DNA from: Bdellovibrionales bacterium
Lineage (GTDB): Bacteria > Bdellovibrionota > Bdellovibrionia > Bdellovibrionales > JAGQZY01
NCBI GenBank assembly: GCA_964230645.1
Contig: CAXRHT010000002.1
Location: forward strand, 1,024,001-1,088,000
DNA length: 64,000 nucleotides
Reading direction: 5' to 3'
Shown: positions 41,062-50,528 of the stretch, one piece after another
Position numbering within the stretch: the stretch's first letter is position 1
Layout of the letters: each line of letters begins with the position of its first letter
Notes under the pieces: generated by a model
What the model was told of the DNA's origin: nothing
The model's input: the letters and a program-made list of their open reading frames with translations, nothing else
The model's database searches: none
Position numbers and translations under genes: made by a program

Positions 41062-41715
41062 TTATAGACTTGAGGGGCTGAGAACCTCAATCTTGTCAGA
41101 ATGCCTCTGAATAAGGCCTTTTTGAAGAGATAAAAACTGTTTCCTATCTTTAGAAATAAAACGCTCAAAAGAGTGATTCACTTCAAAATAAAAATCATAG
41201 ACCCATAGAGCTAGGATCTGCAAAACCGGCTTTTTATTGGCCGTAAGGTTAAAAGAATCCACAGAGCTCAGGCTTTCTGGGGTAAAAGTATTTTTGAGAT
41301 GGGCATCAGGGAAGACAATATAGAGCTTCTTGACTCGTTCTGAGTACTTCGATCCACGCGAGAGAAACGCGAGGCAGTCATAAGCGGCTTTCTCAACACA
41401 AAAGAGTTCAAACTTCTCAGTACCTTGATTAAAATGATGAATAATATCACTTGTGCTCTCTTCAGGCTTTCTTAGTGGCTCAGTACTTAACACATTATCT
41501 GCAAAAACTTTATTTAACCTAGAAGCAGTCTTAACTTGAAAGTTTTCAGGCATCACTAACAAGGCCTGGTTTCGCCTATTTGAAAACGAAAAATCTGATA
41601 AATCCCAACGGATTTCACTGCTTTGATTACAAAGATCTATGAATTCAACACCTACACACAGAAGTGTGACTAAAATAAGATAAATAAAAAAATAGCGACC
41701 CATACCCACCCTCAC
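41062..41715 (-). CDS. Hypothetical protein, N-terminal TM/signal
   Basis: 217-aa ORF filling the gap, hydrophobic N-terminus, no recognised motif. Confidence 0.55.
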   Translation of the reverse strand: MRVGMGRYFFIYLILVTLLCVGVEFIDLCNQSSEIRWDLSDFSFSNRRNQALLVMPENFQVKTASRLNKVFADNVLSTEPLRKPEESTSDIIHHFNQGTEKFELFCVEKAAYDCLAFLSRGSKYSERVKKLYIVFPDAHLKNTFTPESLSSVDSFNLTANKKPVLQILALWVYDFYFEVNHSFERFISKDRKQFLSLQKGLIQRHSDKIEVLSPSSL

Positions 41716-41858
41716 GTTAGTGGAGAACAGTGGTCTTGGGAAAGAAAAGCTTTGTAACCTGAAGAAATTATAGAACTGTCAAAAAATTAGCGTTTAAGCT
41801 CGATCTTTATGCCTCAATTTATAAGAATTGTCGCAAGGGCCCTCGATCGAGGTGCGAA

Positions 41859-41967
41859 AGGTCCTTCGGCTTCGCCTCAGGACGACATTATGCCAGTGAA
41901 TCTCAGGACGACAATATGCCAGTGAAGTTTAGGACGACACTGTGCCAGTGAGGCTCAGGAAGACAAT
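41859..41967. repeat. REP-like palindrome followed by a 26-bp tandem repeat (3 full copies + 1 partial)
   Basis: Units start at 41876, 41902, 41928, 41954: CTCAGGACGACATTATGCCAGTGAAT / CTCAGGACGACAATATGCCAGTGAAG / TTTAGGACGACACTGTGCCAGTGAGG / CTCAGGAAGACAAT. Confidence 0.85.
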
Positions 41968-42052
41968 GGTTTGTTAGTCTTGAGTGGCCTTAGGCTTTGG
42001 ATCTCATTGATGGAGCTAATAGAAGACGTAACTTTGGAATGGAATTGGTAAT

Positions 42053-42230
42053 AAAAAAAGCCACTCCACCTTTTGGTAAATTCATTAGGAAAGGAGTTAA
42101 TATGAATTCACTCAAAAGACGAAATGGCCCTTAAGTTGCTAAGAATAATTTTTCAACCGACGCCCCACAACCTTTAAAACTTCTTGTTTTGTAAGGTTAA
42201 GAAAAAGAGTGTTCACTTTTTTCTACTTCT
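42053..42230 (-). ncRNA. Candidate structured small RNA ending in a long terminator with an anti-SD loop
   Basis: 26-bp stem (42060-42085 / 42102-42128) with five G-U pairs and one bulge on the minus strand, 16-nt loop AUUAACUCCUUUCCUA, U7 tail; further hairpins upstream. The 5' end is a guess. Confidence 0.5.
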
Positions 42231-42309
42231 ATAGAATAAGAAATTTTCAAGGGGATTCCATGCAAGAAAATCGCAAATCTTTGTCTCATTATGGAGCAAA
42301 AAGGCCTTT

Positions 42310-42459
42310 TTAGTCCTCTTGGTCTTTATCCGCATGAGCTTCAATATTCTTTTTCGTGTCTTCGCCTGAGATACCAACCCACTCGGGGAAGAAAAACATC
42401 AAAAAGAAATAGCCAAGTGTGAGAGCAAAAATAAAGCCCAGTATTATGTACACAAGCAT
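42310..42459 (-). CDS. Small single-pass membrane protein (49 aa)
   Basis: Manual translation MLVYIILGFIFALTLGYFFLMFFFPEWVGISGEDTKKNIEAHADKDQED*. TAATG overlap with the upstream gene; below the ORF-track cutoff. Confidence 0.75.
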   Translation of the reverse strand: MLVYIILGFIFALTLGYFFLMFFFPEWVGISGEDTKKNIEAHADKDQED

Positions 42460-43481
42460 TAATGCCTTATCCTTTTATTGAACTTTTTGGGGCTGACTAA
42501 AGTGACCCACGCCATGTCGATAAGGCCGAACCACTTATTACGCCTTCTTTGAAAAAAGCAATACTCCTTTTCTTCAACGCCCGTAAATTTCGTTTTAAAA
42601 AAATGTAGACCTTTAGGACGATAGAAAAAAGGAATATGGTATAAAATGCCAAAAAGGCGCCCCATTAGAGAAGAGCTTTCCACATGAGCAAATGGATTTA
42701 GACCTAAATTAAGCTCACTCACACCTTCGCCTTTAAAAACTTCGATTAGAAAGGATATTAAAAAAGATAACGCATGAGGATCTCTTTTGGGATCATATAT
42801 CAAGTGATCAACATAAAATCCCAACTCTCCATCCCTGAGGTAAGGTAGGAGACTACAAAAAGCCAACACCTCTCCTTCACACTCCACCACGAACCACTCT
42901 TCGTAAGGGTCGGTGAAATGGCCGTTCTTGGGTTTAGAAAGAAAGAAGCGCATCTGAAAAGGAAGTTTCGTTTTATGCCATTTTCGGTAGAGTGGTTTTA
43001 AATCTGAAAATTCAAACTCTTTTTTATTCTGAACAGGCACTGCACGGTAATTGAGCTTTTTACCTTTTCTGAGAGCACGACGGACCTCTTTAGACTCTGG
43101 GGCTCTTAAATCAAATTCTTGCAGTGGAATGCGGGTGCTTGTTCCTAGAGGTATTTTAAAAAATCGCGACCAGCTCCAATTTTTTCCCACATAGTATCCG
43201 CAGACTGATTTTTTCTTTCTTTTTGAAAATAAAGAGAAAGCCTGTTTGATTTCGTCATCATCAGAGCCCGCAGCCACAAGAGGTTCTCCGGCGACAATGA
43301 GATGCTGGGGGGTTTCCTCATAGGCGAGCAGAGCGTCTCCTGCATAGAAGAACTTTTTCCCTGTTTTCCAGTGAGTCATAAAGTAAGGCGGAATATCAGA
43401 AAAGATCGATCGTTGAAACCATTGCAGCGCTTCTTCGGGAGTGGCTTCGTGGGCTATATTTAAAGATCGAACAACAGACAT
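42459..43481 (-). CDS. Stand-alone DUF2156 / aminoacyl-phosphatidylglycerol synthase catalytic domain protein
   Basis: VAGEPLV, LG.S.RIPL..F, VRRALRK, LAFCS, LNLGLNPF, FYRPKGLHFFKTKF; no N-terminal flippase domain. Confidence 0.78.
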   Translation of the reverse strand: MSVVRSLNIAHEATPEEALQWFQRSIFSDIPPYFMTHWKTGKKFFYAGDALLAYEETPQHLIVAGEPLVAAGSDDDEIKQAFSLFSKRKKKSVCGYYVGKNWSWSRFFKIPLGTSTRIPLQEFDLRAPESKEVRRALRKGKKLNYRAVPVQNKKEFEFSDLKPLYRKWHKTKLPFQMRFFLSKPKNGHFTDPYEEWFVVECEGEVLAFCSLLPYLRDGELGFYVDHLIYDPKRDPHALSFLISFLIEVFKGEGVSELNLGLNPFAHVESSSLMGRLFGILYHIPFFYRPKGLHFFKTKFTGVEEKEYCFFQRRRNKWFGLIDMAWVTLVSPKKFNKRIRH

Positions 43482-43482
43482 A

Positions 43483-43508
43483 TAAGAGGGTGTTAAAACA
43501 CCCTCTTA
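43483..43508. other. 12-bp perfect inverted repeat between the hppA stop and the next start codon
   Basis: TAAGAGGGTGTT-aa-AACACCCTCTTA. Confidence 0.7.
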
Positions 43509-43521
43509 AAAATAACAAATA

Positions 43522-45582
43522 TTATTTTAAAGCAATCACCGAGGCCATTAGAAGAGCCACAATAGACATTAACTTGATAAGGATGTTCATAGCAGGACCC
43601 GTTGTGTCTTTGAACGGATCACCCACTGTATCACCCACAACAGTGGCTTTGTGGGCCTCTGTTCCTTTTTTCTCACCTTCAATAGATCCTGTCTCAATCG
43701 CTTTTTTAGCGTTATCCCAAGCTCCACCCGCGTTGGACATAAGAAGAGCCAGCATAACTCCAGCCAAAGTGGCTCCGGCAAGCATTCCACCAAGAGCCGC
43801 TGGTCCAAGTAATAGACCCACAACCACAGGCGCGATAACAGCAAGAAGACCTGGCTTAATCATTTCGCGAAGAGCCGCTTTTGTAGAAATTTCAACACAG
43901 CGAGAAGTGTCAGGCTTACCTGTTCCCTCAAGAAGTCCTGGGATTTCTTTGAACTGACGACGGATTTCAGTCACCATATCACTGGCAGCTTTTCCAACCG
44001 AGGTCATAGTCATGGCGCCAGCCCAAAGAGGCACGATGGCTCCAAGGAAGAGACCGATAACAACCATAGGATCAGTGATGTCCATAGTTAATGGAGCCAT
44101 TCCAGCCTCTAATCTCAAAGCATTCACAGAAGATCCGTAAGCCACAAAAAGAGCGAGAGCAGTAAGAGCGGCAGAACCGATGGCAAAACCTTTACCCATA
44201 GCTGCTGTTGTATTTCCAATGGCATCGAGCTCATCGGTAATGGCACGAACATCAGGCCCAAGACCAGACATTTCAGAAACACCACCAGCGTTATCAGCCA
44301 CAGGTCCGTAAGCATCAATTGTCATTGTTACACCCACGGTGGCTAGCATACCAACGGCCGCGAGAGCGATCCCGTAGAGTCCAGCAACATTAAAGGAGAC
44401 ATAAATTGCCGCACAAAGAATAAGAAGTGGGAACACACAAGACTCAAGACCGACAGCAAAACCAGTAATAATGTTTGTCGCAGGTCCCGTCTTAGAAGCT
44501 TCAGCAATTCTGTCGATAGGGCTTTTTGCCGTGTAGTACTCGGTCACATAACCGATAGCAAGCCCTGCGATTGTTCCTGCAATAATAGGATAAAAAGCTG
44601 AGAACTCAAAACCAAGAACACTAATGGAAACAGCGGCAAGGATAAGAAAGCCACCAGCGGCTGTGTACTCTGAAACGTGAAGAGCTTTTGCTGGAGGCAT
44701 TGCTTTGAACATATTCATTCCAATAATTCCGAGGAACGATGAGGCCAAACCAAGCACGGAAAGAAGGAGTGGAAGACCCATTAAAAGAGTTCGTGCTGGC
44801 TCTCCACCCGGGTGAAGCATAGACAAAGACTCAGAAGTCATTGTCGCAGCGATAGCGATGGCCGCTACCATTGCACCAACGTAGGATTCAAAGATGTCAG
44901 CACCCATTCCGGCCACATCACCAACGTTGTCTCCAACGTTATCAGCGATCACACCAGGGTTTCTTGGATCATCTTCAGGAATTCCAGCTTCTACTTTACC
45001 AACAAGGTCAGAACCAACATCGGCTGCCTTGGTAAAGATTCCCCCACCCACACGGGCGAAAAGGGCGATAGAAGAGGCTCCCATTGAGAATCCAGAAATC
45101 ACACCCACTGTAGGCACATATTGTCCCCAAAGAAAGTAGAAGATCCCGAGACCAACAAGTCCTAAAGAGGCCACAGAAAGACCCATTACAGCTCCTCCGC
45201 GGAAGGCTACTAATAGAGCCGGTCCAATACCGCCTTCTTTAGCGGCCGTAGCTGTACGCACATTTGAGCGAGTCGCAGCTTTCATACCGATATATCCAGC
45301 CGATCCAGAAGCGACAGCTCCGAAAAAGAAAGCTAGGGACGTTTCCCAACCTTTTACTGGAAAAAGAATTCCCGCAACAACGACAACAAAAACGGCAAGT
45401 AGTTTGTATTCAGCTCCCATAAAGGTCATGGCACCCAAGTGAATTTCATCACCAATGGCTGTCATTTTTGCATCACCTGTGGATAATCGCATAATTCCCA
45501 TATAGAGGAACATTGCAAAAGCTAACCCAAGACCACCTGCTACCGGCGCAACAAGGCCGATGGACTCAATCATCTGAGACAT
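43522..45582 (-). CDS. hppA: Membrane-bound ion-translocating pyrophosphatase, K+-dependent type (likely Na+-pumping)
   Basis: [54 protein letters not shown] (Ala marks K+ dependence), [11 protein letters not shown]. Confidence 0.96.
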   Translation of the reverse strand: MSQMIESIGLVAPVAGGLGLAFAMFLYMGIMRLSTGDAKMTAIGDEIHLGAMTFMGAEYKLLAVFVVVVAGILFPVKGWETSLAFFFGAVASGSAGYIGMKAATRSNVRTATAAKEGGIGPALLVAFRGGAVMGLSVASLGLVGLGIFYFLWGQYVPTVGVISGFSMGASSIALFARVGGGIFTKAADVGSDLVGKVEAGIPEDDPRNPGVIADNVGDNVGDVAGMGADIFESYVGAMVAAIAIAATMTSESLSMLHPGGEPARTLLMGLPLLLSVLGLASSFLGIIGMNMFKAMPPAKALHVSEYTAAGGFLILAAVSISVLGFEFSAFYPIIAGTIAGLAIGYVTEYYTAKSPIDRIAEASKTGPATNIITGFAVGLESCVFPLLILCAAIYVSFNVAGLYGIALAAVGMLATVGVTMTIDAYGPVADNAGGVSEMSGLGPDVRAITDELDAIGNTTAAMGKGFAIGSAALTALALFVAYGSSVNALRLEAGMAPLTMDITDPMVVIGLFLGAIVPLWAGAMTMTSVGKAASDMVTEIRRQFKEIPGLLEGTGKPDTSRCVEISTKAALREMIKPGLLAVIAPVVVGLLLGPAALGGMLAGATLAGVMLALLMSNAGGAWDNAKKAIETGSIEGEKKGTEAHKATVVGDTVGDPFKDTTGPAMNILIKLMSIVALLMASVIALK

Positions 45583-45787
45583 CTGTCTTTCTCCTTATAA
45601 ATAACGTTAAATTTTGAGCCTCCAATGATTCGCTTTCTTTGACGCGATTGTCAACGAGGAACTGGGCAAGAAGCTGCCTCCCCCCGGGGAAATATGCAAA
45701 GCGGCAATTTTCCAAAGAGCAGAGCGCTCTTGCCTGCTCAGTAATTAAGGTCTAATTTGGGCCCATCTTATCCTCGAAGGAGTCCTA

Positions 45788-46159
45788 ATGTCCTCAACTG
45801 CGATTACAATCCTCACATTTGTCCATATCGGTAGCATTTTTCTTGTCCTCTTGTGCCTGGGAGCCATCGCCAGTCACCAGATCCAAGGAGGCACAAAAGA
45901 GAACTTTAAAAACCGAAAATTTTTTATGGCTCTTCACGGAATTGCCCTGCTCGTAGCCATTATCGCTGGGATGGGACTTGTGGGCGGTCGCTACTCCTTT
46001 GCTAATGGCTGGGTTCTTACCAAGCTGGGAGTGTGGCTTGCGCTAGGAGCTTACCCGGTGATCTTTTTTAAGCAAAAGCCCGGTAGCAAAGGCCCCTTAC
46101 TGGGTCTCTACGCTCTTGTTTTACTTGCACTTTTTGCGGTGGAATTTAAACCTTTTTAG
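45788..46159 (+). CDS. Small 4-TM membrane protein (SirB2-like)
   Basis: Four hydrophobic segments, conserved-looking His residues, W.LTK motif, C-terminal KPF; RBS AAGGAG. Confidence 0.7.
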   Translation: MSSTAITILTFVHIGSIFLVLLCLGAIASHQIQGGTKENFKNRKFFMALHGIALLVAIIAGMGLVGGRYSFANGWVLTKLGVWLALGAYPVIFFKQKPGSKGPLLGLYALVLLALFAVEFKPF

Positions 46160-46179
46160 GTTTTAGAAATGAGAAAACT

Positions 46180-46665
46180 ATGAAATGGGTGAAGCGCATT
46201 TTAATGGCTGTGGCATTCTTAGTCGTCGTAGCAGCCCTAGGCTTTGGAGGTCGTTTGTTTTTTCTTGGTAAAAAGAGTCAAGAGACTCCAACAAATGAAC
46301 TGGGTCATGAGGCCGGTCATCTTAAAGCCTGTGGCGAAAAACCCAATTGTGTTTCCAGCCAAGCCGACCCAGATTCAAGGTTTTATATTGAACCCATTAA
46401 AGGCTCCAATATCGAAGTTCTTTGGGACAATCTACATATGCTTCTAAAAGAGATGGGCTACAAAGAAGAAAGTGCCACATCCAATTACCTCCATTACACG
46501 GACACCAGTAAAGTATTTAAGTTTGTCGACGACATCGAGTTCCTTCTGCAAAAAGACGAGGGTGTTATTGAGCTTCGCTCACGGTCCCGAGTGGGATACT
46601 CCGATATGGGTGTGAATCGTAAAAGGTTGGAAAAAATAAAAACGATGCTGCAACCAAGGCTATAA
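46180..46665 (+). CDS. DUF1499 family protein
   Basis: C..KPNCVSSQ, FKFVDDIEF, RSRSRVGYSDMGVNRKR. Confidence 0.9.
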   Translation: MKWVKRILMAVAFLVVVAALGFGGRLFFLGKKSQETPTNELGHEAGHLKACGEKPNCVSSQADPDSRFYIEPIKGSNIEVLWDNLHMLLKEMGYKEESATSNYLHYTDTSKVFKFVDDIEFLLQKDEGVIELRSRSRVGYSDMGVNRKRLEKIKTMLQPRL

Positions 46666-46672
46666 GTTTTTT

Positions 46673-47632
46673 ATGATTGTTTCTTCAACCTACGAACCGA
46701 ACTTACTCATCAACAATGGACATGTGGAAACCGTTCTACCCTACTTTTTTCGTTATCTACCTCCTGTTAATTACCAGAGGGAGAGAATTCAAACGGATGA
46801 TGGCGACTTTTTGGATCTTGATTGGATTAAAAAGAACAATAAAAAATTAGTAATTCTGTCCCATGGGTTAGAGGGATGCTCACAGTCCTCTTACAACATC
46901 GGTATGTCTTGGTTTTTAGCGAAGCACGGCTATGATGTACTTGTCTGGAATCATCGGGGCTGCAGTGGCGAACCCAATAGACTGAAAACTTCTTATCATT
47001 CTGGTTTTTCTCAAGATTTAAAATTTGTTATTGAATACGTTATTAACCAGCGTCAGTACTCTAGTATCGATCTTGTTGGTTTTAGTATGGGTGGTAATAT
47101 CACGCTAAAGTATCTTGGCGAAGAGGGTGACCGAGTTCCATCTCAAATTAATCGAGCGGTCGCTATTTCGACCCCTGTTTCCCTAACGGACTGCTCGAGG
47201 GCTCTTTCAAAAGGTATTAGCCGAATATACACGAAAAACTTTATTTTCCGATTGGTTAGAAAGCTTGAAGCCAAGAAGAAGAAATTTCCAGATCTCAATG
47301 TGAATACTAAAAAACTAAAAAGACTCTGGAGTTTTAAAAAGTTTGATGACCAGTTCACTGCTCCTCTCTACGGTTTTAAAAATGCCGAAGATTATTGGGA
47401 GCAATCGAGTAGTCTTCCCCACATAAAGAGTATCCGAAGGCCTTCTTTGATCTTAAATGCACTCAACGACCCTTTCCTAGCGGGCCAATGCTATCCAACG
47501 GACTTAGTGAAAGATTTAGAGTTTGTGCATCTGGAAACACCGGCCCGCGGAGGACACGTCGGCTTCCCTCAAAAAGGTTTGAGGGAGTTTTGGTCAGAAA
47601 AACGAACCTTAGAATTTATCAATCAAAATTAG
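46673..47632 (+). CDS. YheT-like alpha/beta hydrolase
   Basis: DGDFLDLDW, HGLEG, RGCSGEPN, GFSMGG, NALNDPF, GGHVGF. Confidence 0.9.
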   Translation: MIVSSTYEPNLLINNGHVETVLPYFFRYLPPVNYQRERIQTDDGDFLDLDWIKKNNKKLVILSHGLEGCSQSSYNIGMSWFLAKHGYDVLVWNHRGCSGEPNRLKTSYHSGFSQDLKFVIEYVINQRQYSSIDLVGFSMGGNITLKYLGEEGDRVPSQINRAVAISTPVSLTDCSRALSKGISRIYTKNFIFRLVRKLEAKKKKFPDLNVNTKKLKRLWSFKKFDDQFTAPLYGFKNAEDYWEQSSSLPHIKSIRRPSLILNALNDPFLAGQCYPTDLVKDLEFVHLETPARGGHVGFPQKGLREFWSEKRTLEFINQN

Positions 47633-48328
47633 TCAGGACTGCTGTATCACCCAATTGAGAATTTTCATCTTCTCCTCTCGGCTACAATGAGAAAGGCTGA
47701 GTTTGTGAACAAAGCGACTCTCCCCTCGCTCTTCACTTTTCTCAACCGTTAATCTTTTGAAGTCCAAATCAATATCTTTAAGTTGCGAGAAGTTTAAACC
47801 AGCCACTACACTTCCTGATTCAATTTTTCTGGTTCCTTGTAGATAAAGAAAGTCCATATCAATACCACTCATTTTTAAAGGGAGTTGAAGGGTGTTGCTC
47901 TGACTGCGAACCTCACAAATTATGAAAGGATTTTCTGCCGAGCCTTGCTTTGTTTTGTAACTTGAAAGCACTTTGCTAACTTTGTTTAAAAGGTTTTGTT
48001 TTGTCGGAGGCTTAATTAAATAGCCATCAACTGCAAAATTGATCGCTTTTTGAACGTTTTCCACATCGGAATGAGAAGTCAGAATAAGAATTGGAAGACC
48101 AGAAAAAGTGTCATCATTGTTAATGGCTTTAAGAACAGAGAATCCGTCAACCTCAGGCATCTCAAGATCCAAAAGTAGCAGATCAAAGTCTCCGTCACGC
48201 AACCGGGAAAGCCCCTCTTGCCCAGAAGAACAGTAAGTCAACTCTACATCTTTATCTTTCAAAAAGAAACGAATCAGCTCAAAACTATGGGGATCATCAT
48301 CAACCAGAAGAAATTTCAACGCCATCAA
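47633..48328 (-). CDS. Response regulator (REC + uncharacterised C-terminal domain)
   Basis: VDDD, LLDLEMP, LTS, YLIKP. Confidence 0.88.
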   Translation of the reverse strand: MMALKFLLVDDDPHSFELIRFFLKDKDVELTYCSSGQEGLSRLRDGDFDLLLLDLEMPEVDGFSVLKAINNDDTFSGLPILILTSHSDVENVQKAINFAVDGYLIKPPTKQNLLNKVSKVLSSYKTKQGSAENPFIICEVRSQSNTLQLPLKMSGIDMDFLYLQGTRKIESGSVVAGLNFSQLKDIDLDFKRLTVEKSEERGESRFVHKLSLSHCSREEKMKILNWVIQQS

Positions 48329-48681
48329 CTATCCTCTTTTATTCTTTTCAACATTTCATTTAATTCTTCAATAGTTTGCAAATAAACAGATAAACTTTTC
48401 TCCATCAGTTCTTTTACTTCTCGCTTTTCCTTTGCGGCCAGTTCGAGTGACTCCATTTCCTGCAAAAGTGCCGAGGCACCAAAGGAATGGCAACTAGACT
48501 TTAATCTGTGGCAGGCATTCTTAAGATCTTCGTGCTTCCCAGCTTTGCAGACTCTTTCAAAATCCTGGTATTGCTGTTGAAATATGTCGAGGAGACGCTC
48601 TAATTGCTCGTTATCTGACTCAATGTCTTCATTGAAAAAAGAATTAAATTTTTCTTTATTAATTGTTTCAATCTGAGCCAC
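48325..48681 (-). CDS. Stand-alone Hpt phosphotransfer protein
   Basis: ACHRLKSSC..FGA..L....LE; helical 118 aa; overlaps the downstream regulator. Confidence 0.85.
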   Translation of the reverse strand: MAQIETINKEKFNSFFNEDIESDNEQLERLLDIFQQQYQDFERVCKAGKHEDLKNACHRLKSSCHSFGASALLQEMESLELAAKEKREVKELMEKSLSVYLQTIEELNEMLKRIKEDS

Positions 48682-48699
48682 AAAAATCTCCTTAAAAAC

Positions 48700-48727
48700 T
48701 AAAAGTCTGTGATGCGACCACCGATAA
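48700..48727 (+). promoter_or_regulatory. Putative sigma28 promoter
   Basis: TAAA-N16-ACCGATAA upstream of the 48770 kinase. Confidence 0.55.
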
Positions 48728-48769
48728 GTATACGTAAATTTTTATCGAAATGGAAACTGTTTACTAGTT

Positions 48770-50527
48770 ATGATTAAAATTAAAAAAAGTTCTCTTGAAA
48801 AGTTAAAGTTTGATTCAGAAATCCTAAAAGACATTCACCGAGTGAACTGTCTGCAAAGTAAAGACACCCATTTTATGATGCAGGAATATTTGAAAATTGG
48901 CGAAAAATACCTTGGCTTAGAATTTGGTATCGTTAGTACTATTTCAGAGAGTGAATATGTTGTTGTAAACGCACTTTCACCCAGCAATGAGCTCGAACCA
49001 GGACTAAAGTTCGAATTGGAGAATACCTATTGTCAGAAGGTTGTCAAACAAGGCAGGACAATTACTCACACCCATGTGGGTGCTGACCCTGAGATGTGCA
49101 AACATCCGGTATTTGAAGCCATGGCTCTTGAGTCCTATATCGGCTGCCCCATCGTTGTGGATAACGAAATTGTTGGAACTCTTAACTTTTCCTCGAAGTC
49201 CATACGCAAAGAGAGATTCTCCGAGAGCGCTATTAATTTAGTTGAAATTCTAAGTGACTCGATCGCCAGTCAGCTCAAAATTGAGCTCTACACATCCGAC
49301 CTACAGAAAAAAGCACAGCAACTTGATCTCGAAGTCGAAAAACTAAAACGTCAAAAGCGAAAGCAACAGAAGCTAGAAAGAGAAAAGCGTAAAGTCGAAA
49401 AAATTTCTCACCGACTCCACCAAATTTTGAAAGTGGGAGGTTGGGAGCTTGATTTAAACAGTAATCAATTAAAATGGACGGATGAGGTTTACAATATTTA
49501 CGGACTTCCTCTAGGCAAAATCCCACCTCTACAGGACGCCATTAATTTTTATCCCACCCACGAAAGGCCTCGCATCACCCAGTGCGTTCAAGACTGCATT
49601 GAAAAGGGCAAGATCTATCACGACAATTTTGAATTTATAGATGCAAAAGGACAAAAGAAATGGGTCAATGCCTATGGGGAACCTGTTTATGACTCTGCTG
49701 GAAAAATCAGAGCCTTGCGCGGTTTTTTTCAGGACGTCACTTCCGCTATTTTAAAACAACAACAAGTGGAACGTCTCAAAAACGAAGCAGAGAAAGCCAA
49801 CCGAGCAAAATCTATGTTTTTGGCTAACATGAGTCACGAACTAAGAACGCCTTTGAATGCCATTATAGGCTATAGTGAAATTGTATTAGAAGAAATCGAA
49901 GAATTAGAAACACCCCTCGATCAGGTATCAGAAGATATAAAGAAAATTCAATCCAGCGGTGAACATCTCCTCTCTTTGATCAATCAACTTTTGCAGTTAT
50001 CAAAAGTAGAAAGTGGTAAGGTCGATCTTGTTCCAACTGACTTCCAAGTGAACGAACTTATCGAACGTGTTAACCCAATCTGCAAACCCATTGTCGAAGA
50101 AAATAGAAATCAAATAGAGTTTGAAGTTCAGAATCATTCTGGTCGCTTACACAATGATTTGGAAAAGCTCTCTCAAGTGATAATTAACCTTGTGGCCAAC
50201 GCAGCAAAATTCACAAAAAATGGTAAAGTCACTGTACGGCTTTATGATGAAAAAGCAGAACGAACAATTATTGAGGTTGAAGACACAGGCGTGGGTATTA
50301 AAAAGTCACACCTAGCTCGGATTTTCGAAGAATTTGAACAAGTCGATCAATCTATGAAAAAGGAATACGAAGGGACGGGACTTGGACTGGCAATTTCTAA
50401 AAAGTTTGTCCGCTTAATGGGTGGAAACATTGAAGTGGAAAGTGAACCAAACGTCGGTAGCCTTTTTAGAATTAATATTCCGTCAAAAGTCGTTCACAAA
50501 AACTCTGATAAAAATGAGGCCGCTTAA
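48770..50527 (+). CDS. Soluble GAF-PAS sensor histidine kinase
   Basis: GAF (YIGCPI...GTLNFSS), PAS (GGWE...W..EVY.IYG), FLANMSHELRTPLN, NLVANAAKFT, DTGVGI, GTGLGL. Confidence 0.93.
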   Translation: MIKIKKSSLEKLKFDSEILKDIHRVNCLQSKDTHFMMQEYLKIGEKYLGLEFGIVSTISESEYVVVNALSPSNELEPGLKFELENTYCQKVVKQGRTITHTHVGADPEMCKHPVFEAMALESYIGCPIVVDNEIVGTLNFSSKSIRKERFSESAINLVEILSDSIASQLKIELYTSDLQKKAQQLDLEVEKLKRQKRKQQKLEREKRKVEKISHRLHQILKVGGWELDLNSNQLKWTDEVYNIYGLPLGKIPPLQDAINFYPTHERPRITQCVQDCIEKGKIYHDNFEFIDAKGQKKWVNAYGEPVYDSAGKIRALRGFFQDVTSAILKQQQVERLKNEAEKANRAKSMFLANMSHELRTPLNAIIGYSEIVLEEIEELETPLDQVSEDIKKIQSSGEHLLSLINQLLQLSKVESGKVDLVPTDFQVNELIERVNPICKPIVEENRNQIEFEVQNHSGRLHNDLEKLSQVIINLVANAAKFTKNGKVTVRLYDEKAERTIIEVEDTGVGIKKSHLARIFEEFEQVDQSMKKEYEGTGLGLAISKKFVRLMGGNIEVESEPNVGSLFRINIPSKVVHKNSDKNEAA

Positions 50528-50528
50528 A

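Noticed and set aside
41876..41967. Possible mini-CRISPR array
   Set aside because: The period is only 26 bp, the segments between the conserved 12-mers are near-identical rather than unique spacers, and no cas genes are present.
42102..42134. Plus-strand mini-ORF MNSLKRRNGP with a perfect SD
   Set aside because: Only 10 codons, and the G-U asymmetry and U-tract favour the minus-strand RNA. Kept only as an alternative explanation.
42138..42216. Minus-strand 25-aa ORF VNTLFLNLTKQEVLKVVGRRLKNYS inside the sRNA candidate
   Set aside because: No SD and no recognisable features; cannot be supported without Ribo-seq.
43490..45139. Long antisense ORFs opposite hppA (likewise opposite fusA, prc, topA, gdhA, the metalloprotease)
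   Set aside because: Shadow ORFs expected from codon bias of well-conserved genes; no RBS or domain signal.
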